Shown here one piece after another: positions 54,784 through 63,140 of a DNA stretch of 64,000 nt. The first letter of the stretch is position 1. Every line of letters begins with the position of its first letter. Both the position numbers and the translations under genes were made by a program. Origin of the DNA: Planctomycetota bacterium. GTDB taxonomy: Bacteria; Planctomycetota; UBA1135. Below the pieces are notes generated by a model, which saw nothing but the letters and a program-made list of their open reading frames with translations, ran no database searches and had not been told where the DNA came from. The stretch spans positions 10,365 through 74,364 of the forward strand of contig JAJFFB010000084.1 of assembly GCA_021776925.1 (NCBI GenBank), written 5' to 3'.

Positions 54784-56295
54784 ATGCAGACTTCCCCCCT
54801 GGTCATGCTGGCGAGTTTCCTGTTTCCTCTGGCGCTGGCGGCGTGCCAGGTGCCGCCCGACGCCGACGGCGAGGCCGGGGTGCGGCCGCGGCCGAACATC
54901 CTGTTCATCTTTACCGATGACCACGCCTCCCATGCGATCTCCGCCTATGGCTCGCGCATCAACACCACGCCGAACTTGGATCGCATCGCTGCTGAAGGCA
55001 TGCTGTTCCGCAACGCCTTCTGCACCAATTCGATCTGCGGCCCGAGCCGTGCGGTGATCCTGACCGGCAAACACAGCCATCTCAATGGCTTCCGCACCAA
55101 TGGCGACAAGTTTGATGGCAGCCAGCAGACCGTGGCCAAGCTGCTGCAACAGGCCGGCTATCAGACCGCGATGATCGGCAAGTGGCATTTGAAGACCGAG
55201 CCGACCGGATTCGATTTCTGGCGCGTGCTGATCGGCCAGGGCCCGTACTACAACCCGATATTCAAGACGCCGGCAGGGAAGGAGAAAATCGAAGGCTACA
55301 CCACCGACGTGATCACCGACGTCGCGCTCGAATGGCTGCAGAAAGACCGCGACCCAGAGCGCCCCTTTCTGATGATGTACCAGCACAAGGCGCCGCACCG
55401 CAACTGGCAGCCGGCGCCGCGCCATCTGAATCTCTACGACGACGTTGAGATTCCAGAACCCGACACGCTGTTCGATGACTATCAGGGGCGCACCACCTTC
55501 GCCGCTGAGACCGAGATGACCCTGGCGGACCATTTCTTCCCCTTCGACGCCAAGTTCGAAGCGCCGAAAAACCTCACCGAAAGCCAACGCGCCGCGTGGG
55601 ACGCGGCCTACGACCCCAAGAACGAAAAGTTCTTCGCCGCCCGCGACTCGATGAGCAAGGACGAGATCACGCGCTGGCGCTATCAGCGTTACATCAAGGA
55701 CTACCTGCGCTGCATCAAGGCGGTCGATGAAAACGTCGGGCGCGTGCTCGAGTATCTTGAGGAAAGCGGCCTCGCCGACAACACCGTGGTCATCTACAGC
55801 AGCGACCAGGGCTTCTATCTCGGCGACCACGGCTGGTACGACAAGCGCTGGATGTACGAGGAATCACTGCGCATGCCGTTGATCGTGCGCTGGCCCGGCC
55901 AGGTCGAAGCCGGTGCCGTCGATGAACACCTGGTGCAGAACCTCGACTACGCTGAGACTTTTCTGGATCTGGCTCAGGCCGAAATTCCTGACGACATGCA
56001 AGGACGGAGTTTTCTGCCGTTGATGCTCGGGCAGGACGTGCCCTGGCGCCCGTCGATCTATTACCGCTACTTCGAGTACCCGCAGCCGCACCGCGTGCCG
56101 CCGCACTACGGCGTGCGCACCCAGCGGCACAAGCTCATCTACTATCCGCTGCGCGAGGAATGGGAACTGTTCGACCTGGTCCAGGACCCGGATGAATTAC
56201 GCAGCGTTTACTCGGATCCTGCCAACGCCGATCTTGTTCAGGAGCTCAAGAACGAATTGAATCGATTGCGCGAGCTGTATCAAGATGTGGATTGA
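54784..56295 (+). CDS. Cys-type sulfatase (arylsulfatase / N-acetylglucosamine-6-sulfatase-like) lipoprotein
   Basis: Lipobox [17 protein letters not shown] and [17 protein letters not shown] (the C-x-P-S-R formylglycine motif), then MIGKWHL and [15 protein letters not shown]. Confidence 0.9.
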   Translation: MQTSPLVMLASFLFPLALAACQVPPDADGEAGVRPRPNILFIFTDDHASHAISAYGSRINTTPNLDRIAAEGMLFRNAFCTNSICGPSRAVILTGKHSHLNGFRTNGDKFDGSQQTVAKLLQQAGYQTAMIGKWHLKTEPTGFDFWRVLIGQGPYYNPIFKTPAGKEKIEGYTTDVITDVALEWLQKDRDPERPFLMMYQHKAPHRNWQPAPRHLNLYDDVEIPEPDTLFDDYQGRTTFAAETEMTLADHFFPFDAKFEAPKNLTESQRAAWDAAYDPKNEKFFAARDSMSKDEITRWRYQRYIKDYLRCIKAVDENVGRVLEYLEESGLADNTVVIYSSDQGFYLGDHGWYDKRWMYEESLRMPLIVRWPGQVEAGAVDEHLVQNLDYAETFLDLAQAEIPDDMQGRSFLPLMLGQDVPWRPSIYYRYFEYPQPHRVPPHYGVRTQRHKLIYYPLREEWELFDLVQDPDELRSVYSDPANADLVQELKNELNRLRELYQDVD

Positions 56296-56304
56296 TTGTT
56301 CTCT

Positions 56305-56383
56305 CGCCCGGGCCGCGCTCCACTGGGGCTAAAGCGGCGGCGCAACGCCGCCGAAGTCGCCCCAGCGAAGCGCGGCCCGGGCG
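56305..56383 (+). terminator. 79-nt compound hairpin immediately after the sulfatase stop
   Basis: The outer arms cgcccgggccgcgctccactggggc (56305-56329) and gccccagcgaagcgcggcccgggcg (56359-56383) pair at 23 of 25 positions by hand. The apical part contains a second perfect 8-bp stem, cggcggcg-caa-cgccgccg. There is no T-run directly after it, so a terminator role is only a guess. Confidence 0.45.
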
Positions 56384-56418
56384 GAAGCGACGTCATTCTT
56401 AATGAGGGTTTCTTCAGG
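56359..56418 (+). repeat. Direct repeat copy 1 (~60 nt), upstream of the lectin-sigma-kinase operon
   Basis: gccccagcgaagcgcggcccgggcggaagcgacgtcattcttaatgagggtttcttcagg. Its 5-prime half is the 3-prime arm of the compound hairpin. Confidence 0.7.
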
Positions 56419-56492
56419 ATTGGGCCTGTGTTTTGGGTCACAGGACGACCGCTGGGGCCTTGTAATGGGGAAACCCTAATCCTGGAGTTCTC

Positions 56493-58403
56493 ATGTTGTC
56501 CGCGGTTGTTCTTGCACTTTTTTCTCCCATTCAGGGGCCCCCAGCCGGTTACAACTGGGTTCAGAACCCAGATAATGGTCATTACTATGCGCTGACCAAT
56601 AGCAAAATCCGCTGGACCGAAGCGGAAGCGGAAGCAGCTTCAATTGGTAGCCATCTGGCTACTGTCAGGAATCTGAGCGAACATCAGTGGATTGAAGCGA
56701 ACTTGATATTCCAATCGAGTTGGATTGGATATTCCGATGCAAATGTCGAGGGTGAGTGGGAGTGGATTAGCGGCGAAGTGTTCTCATGGTGGCAGGATAA
56801 TGGGCACTTCGGCGCGGATGGCTCACCAGGCTATTGGAGTCCAGGGGAGCCGAATGACCAGGGCAACGAGGATTACGCGGTGATCAGGGGGGATGGATGG
56901 AATGACCTCCCGAATGATGGCTGGAGTGGGGATCCTATGAGATTCGGCGTCTTGGAGTGGGTCGGATTGGACAGTGACGGGGACGGGCTGCTGGACTCGG
57001 AGGAAGACCTGGATGGTGACGGCGTGGTGGATGCTGGAGAGACCGATCCATTTGATCAGGATACGGATGATGATGGTCTTGGGGATGGCGAGGAGTTTTC
57101 GCCAGTCAGGAATTGGATCCAAAACCCGGTGACTGGGAACTGGTATCGCTTGACCTCGGAGCCGAAGACTTGGACCGATGCTGAGGCGGAGGCCATTTCC
57201 TTGGGCGGGCATCTGGTTGGGTTGGAGAACCTGGTTGAGAATGACTGGGTGTTCAATACTTTCGGCGGCTTTGGCGAATTCCTCTGGATTGGTGTCAATG
57301 ACGTGCAGCAGGAAGGAGATTGGGTTTGGGCGAACGGCGAGTCCAGCTCCTGGTGGGCTCAGAATGGGTACTTCGGAGCCCAGGGTGAGCCGGGGTACTG
57401 GGCGGCTGGAAACCAGCCTCTGAACTACGACGATGGCTTCGATTATGGATATATGGACGGCCAAACAGTTGGCTGGCCATCCATGTGGGGTGCGGTGCTC
57501 AATGACACAGGGGTGCCGGGTCGGCTGTTTCAGGGTGTCATCGAAGTCGGACGAGTGCCGATGACCGATCCGTTGGCGGTCGACAGCGACGGCGATGGCG
57601 TGCAGGATGGGACCGAATCGGGGCTCGATCAGATCCGTTGGTTCGGCGATCCGGGAAATGGGATTGCGGGGACCGACCCTGCCATTTTCGTGGCCGATCA
57701 GGACCCTCAGACTACGACCAGCCCACTGGACATGGACTCAGATGAGGACGGGCTCGCCGATGGCGTTGAAGACCTGAATGCGGATGGTGCGCAGGGGATA
57801 TTGGAAACCGATCCATCGGCGTTGGACTCCGATGGAGATGGAATCCAGGATGGCACCGAGCTTGGCTTGGTCGTGGGGACTGCGGACACGGATCTGGACG
57901 TTTTCCTGGCAGATGCTGATCCTGCGACCACCACCAACCCCCTGGCGGTGGATACCGATGGGGGTGGAGTGAGCGACGGAGAAGAGGATCAGAATCTAGA
58001 TGGCGCATTCGACAGCTGGGATACCGATCCGCTGCTGGCCGCCGATGATGAACTCGCCTTCTATGTCTACAATCTGATTCCTGGGGAGCGGGTCAGGTAC
58101 AAGGTGTTTCAAGCGAAGCCATTCATCAACGTCATTCCGGTGTATTCCCTGGTGGGGGCTGGACCGACCAGCATCGGGCTTGGGGTGGTGCTTGATTTGT
58201 CCATGCCCATTCATCAGTTGGATGGATTTAGAACCGATGGGAACGGTTTCGGAGATGCGGCGGCGTGGGGTGCAGGCGGCAATGTGCCGGATTCGGCGCC
58301 TCCGGGGATGCCGGTCTACTTTCAGGCGGTCGAAGTCCCGACGCGGCCGGGTGAAACGGTACGCGTGTCCAATGCCCTGGTGGTGCCGGTGGGAGCCAAC
58401 TGA
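56493..58403 (+). CDS. Secreted protein with two C-type-lectin-like domains, thrombospondin type-3-like Ca-binding Asp-rich repeats and a C-terminal beta module
   Basis: GGAG lies 8 nt upstream of the ATG. CTLD 1 is WTEAEAEAASIGSHLATV...WIGYSD...GEWEWISGE...GEPND (EPN 56847-56855)...NEDYAVI...GWNDLPND (WND 56898-56906). CTLD 2 is degenerate (QPL). Repeats are of the DSDGDGLLDSEEDLDGDGVVDAGETDP type. No cysteine occurs anywhere in the 636 aa. Confidence 0.8.
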   Translation: MLSAVVLALFSPIQGPPAGYNWVQNPDNGHYYALTNSKIRWTEAEAEAASIGSHLATVRNLSEHQWIEANLIFQSSWIGYSDANVEGEWEWISGEVFSWWQDNGHFGADGSPGYWSPGEPNDQGNEDYAVIRGDGWNDLPNDGWSGDPMRFGVLEWVGLDSDGDGLLDSEEDLDGDGVVDAGETDPFDQDTDDDGLGDGEEFSPVRNWIQNPVTGNWYRLTSEPKTWTDAEAEAISLGGHLVGLENLVENDWVFNTFGGFGEFLWIGVNDVQQEGDWVWANGESSSWWAQNGYFGAQGEPGYWAAGNQPLNYDDGFDYGYMDGQTVGWPSMWGAVLNDTGVPGRLFQGVIEVGRVPMTDPLAVDSDGDGVQDGTESGLDQIRWFGDPGNGIAGTDPAIFVADQDPQTTTSPLDMDSDEDGLADGVEDLNADGAQGILETDPSALDSDGDGIQDGTELGLVVGTADTDLDVFLADADPATTTNPLAVDTDGGGVSDGEEDQNLDGAFDSWDTDPLLAADDELAFYVYNLIPGERVRYKVFQAKPFINVIPVYSLVGAGPTSIGLGVVLDLSMPIHQLDGFRTDGNGFGDAAAWGAGGNVPDSAPPGMPVYFQAVEVPTRPGETVRVSNALVVPVGAN

Positions 58404-58404
58404 C

Positions 58405-59127
58405 ATGAACGAGTCTGATCCGGTGCAGCAGGCGGTGGCGGGATTTCGGTCGCGCCTGGTGATCCTCGCCGACCGCCATCTCGGCAGCCGTGCACTGGAA
58501 GTCATCGAAGCCTCCGATCTTCAGGTTGCTCTTCAGACGCAGGCAAGCGGCCAGGACGACTTGGATTCATTGCTGGCGCAGGTCTTTGAGGGTGCGGAAG
58601 GAGACCCTGAGCTGCGTGCGGAGTTCTTTGCGTTCTTCTGGGATCGCATGCCGACGGGTGGGTCCACCAGCCGGTATCCGATCCTGCGCCGGTTTCTGGA
58701 CAGTGGCGACCTTTTGGCAAGCGCCTTTGGCGACATGATGGAAGGTCTCAGTCGATTGGAGTTCCGTGGCCGCCATTCCTTCCAGGCCATGTTGGTGCAG
58801 CGGATGAAATGGAAGACCTATTCCCAATTACGCAGAGCCAACCGCGACACTCCAGTTCTTGGCAGTTCGGGGCCCGAATTTGTAGACGGGAATCAAGCCA
58901 GCGACCCAGCAACGGCTTATGAGGATTCCGAGGCCAACAGCGAAATCATTTCCGCGATCGCATCCTTGCGGCCTCGGGAGCGGTCCTTGATTCGCCTATT
59001 CCTGAACGGTGCGACCGGCCAGGAAATGGCTCTTGAGGTCGGAATGAGGCCGGCCGCGTCGCGCAAAGCCCTGCAACGAGCCTTGACAGGGCTGCGTGCC
59101 ATTCTTATCAATGCAGATCGTGGGTGA
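58405..59127 (+). CDS. ECF-type sigma-70 family factor
   Basis: ATG 58405 lies 1 nt after the lectin stop (TGAcATG). The N-terminus RLVILADRHLGSRALEVIEASDLQ resembles the PF07638-type ECF region 2. Region 4 HTH is LRPRERSLIRLFLNGATGQEMALEVGMRPAASRKALQRALTGLRAIL. Confidence 0.7.
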   Translation: MNESDPVQQAVAGFRSRLVILADRHLGSRALEVIEASDLQVALQTQASGQDDLDSLLAQVFEGAEGDPELRAEFFAFFWDRMPTGGSTSRYPILRRFLDSGDLLASAFGDMMEGLSRLEFRGRHSFQAMLVQRMKWKTYSQLRRANRDTPVLGSSGPEFVDGNQASDPATAYEDSEANSEIISAIASLRPRERSLIRLFLNGATGQEMALEVGMRPAASRKALQRALTGLRAILINADRG

Positions 59128-61270
59128 CTCGATTGATCCTGATGCGACGGCCGGTGGCGAGGAGTACTTTCAGGATTACGTGCAATTATTGCGTACTGGA
59201 GACGCTCCTGGCCTCGAAGAATTCCTGGCCGGCCTTCCGCCTGATGCGCGCCCGGCAACAAGGCTGAAGATCAGCGAATTCGAGGAGATCTGGCGTACCT
59301 TCCATCAAGCCAGTCACGCACTCAAGGCCGGGCGGTCCTTCGGCCATTACCTTTTGGTCCGAGAGCTTGGACGTGGCGGTTTCAGCACGGTGTGGGAAGC
59401 CGAAGACCGCAATTTGCATCGCCAGGTTGCCCTCAAGATCTTGCACCTGGCGTTCAGCTTGGATGACCGAGCCGAGATCCGGCTGCAGCGCGAGGCGGAG
59501 GCGCTGGCACGGATGCACCACCCGGGCATCCTCAAGGTCTATGGCCTGTACCGGATCGAGGGTCAGCTCGCCCTTGCGGTCGAATTGGTTGAGGGAGGGC
59601 AATCCCTGCTCGACGAGATCTCGCAACGGGCGCCGGACGCTCTCGGGCCGTTTCGGGTGCGCCAAATGGCCCAGCGCTTCGCAGTCGTTGCCGAGGCACT
59701 GGAAGAAGCGCACCAATCCGGCATCCTGCATCGTGACATCAAGCCATCGAATCTTCTCTTGACCAAGGATGGGGGCTTGAAGCTGGCCGACTTCGGCCTC
59801 GCCATGTTGGAGGGGAATAGCGACGAGCTCACCCGGACCACAGAATCCATCGGTACCGTCCCGTATGTGCCACCCGAACCCTTGGCGGGCAGGGGCTTCA
59901 GTCCGCAGACCGATGTCTGGTCGCTCGGGGTCACTTTATTTGAGTCTTTATGCGGGAGCCGCCCCTTCCAGGGGCAAACCGCGCACGATGTTCGCACCAG
60001 GATTCTGAACTCCGAACCCCAGTGGCCGCGAAGCGCACGGAAACTGCCAGCGGACTTACGGGCAATTTGCTCCATGGCCCTGGCCAAGAATCCGCATGAT
60101 CGCTATGCGAGCATGCAGGCGATGGCGACCGACCTCCGAAACTGGTTGGATGGGCATCCAGTGGTTGCGCGTAGGGCCAGCCTCTCCCGACAAGCCGTGG
60201 CTTGGGTCAGACGCAACGTTCCTGCGGTCGTCCTCGTGGTCAGCGTGATGGTGGTCGCAGGTGTCCTTGCCGCTCTGCTCAAGCAGTCGGTCCAGAATGA
60301 AAGGCGCGCCAAGGAATCGGTGCGCATCATGAGCCAGATGCTGACCCCGCTGGATCCAGCAGCCCTGGACAGGTCTGGTGCCCGCATGCTGGAACTGGCT
60401 GACCAGGCCCACGATTTCGCCAATGAGGAGCTGGTGGGTCAGCCTGCCGAACGCGCGCGACTCCTGAAGGCAGTCGGCGGAGCCAGGATGTACCTGGAAG
60501 ATTTTGCCCAGGCCGAGGTCTCCTACCGAAACAGCTACGCAATTCAACCCGATGAAGAGACCTTGGTCAGGATTGCCTGGTGCCTGGGGCAACTGGAAAA
60601 AGTGGAAGAGGCAGCGCGCATCCTGGAGCCCATCGCCAACAGGCCTCTCCATGGAGATCTTCACCGGGATTCCCTGACCCTATTGGCACGCAACCGGCTG
60701 GGCGGGGTGGAATTGGGAGTCGGCGATGCCAAGTCGGTGGAAAATGCGCGCAAGCGATTCGAGGACCTTGCGCAATCCTTGCAGGGCATGCCCCAGGATC
60801 TTCCATTCCTGCGCTGCCTCAACCTGCTCAATCTGGCCACTTCCCATTATCAATCCAGGGATTTCGAGTTGGCTCTGGCCGGTTTCAAGAAAGCCAGAGG
60901 AGCCTTCTATGACTCAGGCCTGTTTTCCCACCCTGACGTTTTCTTCACCTACGTAGGCGAGCACCATGTCTTGAAAATGAAAGGTGACCTGGACCATTCT
61001 GTGGAAGCCCTGCTCAACGGACTCGACCACCGTCGCGAGCACCATGGTCCCTTCATGATGAACACCCTGCGCGCCCAGCTCACCATCGCCCGAGACCTGT
61101 TTGCGTGCGGCAGACAGGAAGAGGCCCGGACACTCTTCCTTGATTACCGGTCCAAGTTTCCCAATCGGATTGGATCCTATGCTTTGCGCCAACAGAAGGA
61201 CATCTGGACTGATCTAGCGGCCCAACTTGGAGAACCAGGCGCCCTGCCCGGACTGACCACGGAACCCTGA
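59111..61270 (+). CDS. Ser/Thr protein kinase (Hanks type) with one TM helix and a C-terminal TPR-like sensor domain
   Basis: ATG 59111 overlaps the sigma gene end by 17 nt. Kinase motifs are LGRGGFSTVWEA, VALKIL, HRDIKPSNLLL, DFGLA, GTVPYVPPE and DVWSLGVTLFE. The TM helix is VPAVVLVVSVMVVAGVLAALL, followed by about 330 aa that are helical-repeat-like. Confidence 0.9.
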   Translation: MQIVGDSIDPDATAGGEEYFQDYVQLLRTGDAPGLEEFLAGLPPDARPATRLKISEFEEIWRTFHQASHALKAGRSFGHYLLVRELGRGGFSTVWEAEDRNLHRQVALKILHLAFSLDDRAEIRLQREAEALARMHHPGILKVYGLYRIEGQLALAVELVEGGQSLLDEISQRAPDALGPFRVRQMAQRFAVVAEALEEAHQSGILHRDIKPSNLLLTKDGGLKLADFGLAMLEGNSDELTRTTESIGTVPYVPPEPLAGRGFSPQTDVWSLGVTLFESLCGSRPFQGQTAHDVRTRILNSEPQWPRSARKLPADLRAICSMALAKNPHDRYASMQAMATDLRNWLDGHPVVARRASLSRQAVAWVRRNVPAVVLVVSVMVVAGVLAALLKQSVQNERRAKESVRIMSQMLTPLDPAALDRSGARMLELADQAHDFANEELVGQPAERARLLKAVGGARMYLEDFAQAEVSYRNSYAIQPDEETLVRIAWCLGQLEKVEEAARILEPIANRPLHGDLHRDSLTLLARNRLGGVELGVGDAKSVENARKRFEDLAQSLQGMPQDLPFLRCLNLLNLATSHYQSRDFELALAGFKKARGAFYDSGLFSHPDVFFTYVGEHHVLKMKGDLDHSVEALLNGLDHRREHHGPFMMNTLRAQLTIARDLFACGRQEEARTLFLDYRSKFPNRIGSYALRQQKDIWTDLAAQLGEPGALPGLTTEP

Positions 61271-61303
61271 CGCCGCTTGATCGATCTCCTGCCCGGCCGG
61301 GGC

Positions 61304-62989
61304 TCAGGAATCCAGGATGGGTTGCAGCTCGGCTGGGGGGATCTTGATATGGATGAGTTGACCTGGGGCCGGTTTTTGGATGGTGAAGGGTTGGCCGACG
61401 GATATTGGCCAACTTCCGAATGGGGAAAGCCAGAGTTGGCATTGGGTCCCGGAAAAGAAACGGTATTGGGGCCAGCTATGGGACCCGGTGAGGAAAGAGG
61501 CTGGGTCTTCGATCGGGCCTTTTTCTTCGGTGAGGAGTCCGCCCATTTCCAGTGGGAGCCCGGAAGTGTTTTCCAGAACGTAGCCGGCGTAGAAGCAGTC
61601 TGGTTTTAGGGTGGCAATCACGGAGATCGGAGGGGCTACGTTTCCCGTGACTTGGATATTGGAGAGAGTTTCGATCTGAGGTCCTTTGCCGAACTTCTGG
61701 TTCCACGTGTCCACGGAGGTGGAAAGGTCATAGAACCCTGGGGGAATAAAGAACAGGAATCCTGGTTTTCCGTCTGCCCGTCGGCGGCCTTGCCGATCAA
61801 GGTACTCGGTTTGGGATTGATGTTGATTCCAACGGACATTCAGGGAATCGGGAATCACTCCGGAGACAAAGTGGGCGGTTGGTTCGAGGTGTACCACCAC
61901 CGGCACGAGTTCTTTGGGCCAATCGCCGGGGAAGCGCTGGATGGTCAGCGTAGGGTCCATGATGTGCTTTAATTCGACGACCATGGTCTCAGGGTCCACC
62001 AGGTTGTCTGGATGGATCCGGGTGATCCTGTAGGACGATTCCGTCCACTCCTTTTCCGTTATGAGCTGCCAATCCACCTTTTCGAATTCGGGATCGAAAT
62101 CGGCTTCCGATTCAATGACTTCCAGGCGGCTGGTGTAGTCCGGCGTCCTGAACGGAAATGAGGTTTGTGTGGTTGGATTCACTTCGTGTCCGGAGCAACC
62201 CCAGAATTCGCGCATGTCTTCGACGACGCCGTAGGCAAGCAACCTTCCGAGTTGGAGGTCGAACGAGGTAGGGCCAGAATCCTGGAAAGTGACCTTGGCA
62301 TGGGTCTGCCCATATCCCTCGGCACGTGCAATCAGGCGGATGCATTGAGCGCCGTAGATGCGGCCCCGCCAAGTCCCATGTTCATCAACCGACCGGCGCT
62401 GCTTGGTCGGGCTGAGGGCGCCGAAGACCTGCAGCCGGGCTGTGGGAATGGGGTCGCCTCTGAAGTCCGTGACCGTCACGATCACGTCGTTCCAACCACC
62501 CAGATCCAGAACGAGCACGCGGCCAATCTCATCTCGGTCGGAAACCGTTGCTCGTTCCACTCGGGTGGGGAAGCCGTTATCTGGCAAAAACCACGCAGAA
62601 AAAACGGGGGTCAGGAGATGGCTCCACTGAGTCTCTTCCACCAAGCATTTCCCGGCTTCTACGGAAACGGTCTGGGGCTCTTGCAATTCTCCCTTGGTAA
62701 TGGCGTCGGCTTGCTCCAACACCGCAAAGCGGAGCCTTCCGTTGGCTTCTACGACTGTTCCAGAGGCGTGGATCTCTACGTTCCAGGCGGATTGTGCAGG
62801 CGTGGATACCAGGTCCCGACCAGAGGCCTTCTGTGCCTCAGACTCAGCAATAAGGCTTTGCCGGGGGAGGTCAATTTGAACCTTATCCTCCTTAGGCGGA
62901 GGAGAAGCCTTTTGAAATGCCCAGAAGACGGCCAAAAGGGCGAGAACCAAGAGAAATGCAAAGCCTCGAATGGAGGGAGTATTAGGCAT
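61304..62989 (-). CDS. Membrane-anchored hypothetical protein (561 aa), beta-rich ectodomain
   Basis: Preferred start is ATG 62989 (MPNTPSIRGFAFLLVLALLAVFWAF anchor). It has a carboxypeptidase-regulatory-like strand pattern, VIVTVTDFRGDPIPTARLQVFG. I recognise no family. G+C is lower than in most of the window. Confidence 0.6.
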   Translation of the reverse strand: MPNTPSIRGFAFLLVLALLAVFWAFQKASPPPKEDKVQIDLPRQSLIAESEAQKASGRDLVSTPAQSAWNVEIHASGTVVEANGRLRFAVLEQADAITKGELQEPQTVSVEAGKCLVEETQWSHLLTPVFSAWFLPDNGFPTRVERATVSDRDEIGRVLVLDLGGWNDVIVTVTDFRGDPIPTARLQVFGALSPTKQRRSVDEHGTWRGRIYGAQCIRLIARAEGYGQTHAKVTFQDSGPTSFDLQLGRLLAYGVVEDMREFWGCSGHEVNPTTQTSFPFRTPDYTSRLEVIESEADFDPEFEKVDWQLITEKEWTESSYRITRIHPDNLVDPETMVVELKHIMDPTLTIQRFPGDWPKELVPVVVHLEPTAHFVSGVIPDSLNVRWNQHQSQTEYLDRQGRRRADGKPGFLFFIPPGFYDLSTSVDTWNQKFGKGPQIETLSNIQVTGNVAPPISVIATLKPDCFYAGYVLENTSGLPLEMGGLLTEEKGPIEDPASFLTGSHSWPQYRFFSGTQCQLWLSPFGSWPISVGQPFTIQKPAPGQLIHIKIPPAELQPILDS

Positions 62990-63077
62990 GGTCGGACCCC
63001 AGCCTCGATAGAAAAGGCATGGCAGCAGGTAGCATGATTTTCCGACCAACGAGGCCCAAAGGACCGCAAGGCCTGAC

Positions 63078-63135
63078 GCCCCAGCGAAGCCCGGTCAGGG
63101 CGGAGGCAACGTCATTCTTCTTGAGGGAGTTCAGG
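63078..63135 (+). repeat. Direct repeat copy 2 (~58 nt), immediately upstream of the beta-lactamase-family gene
   Basis: gccccagcgaagcccggtcagggcggaggcaacgtcattcttcttgagggagttcagg. 43 of the first 50 positions are identical to copy 1 by hand alignment, in the same orientation. Confidence 0.7.
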
Positions 63136-63140
63136 TTAAT

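Noticed and set aside
54445-55830. A 461-aa minus-strand ORF opposite the sulfatase.
   Set aside because: The sulfatase frame has the lipobox, C-x-P-S-R and metal-binding motifs. The minus frame has none.
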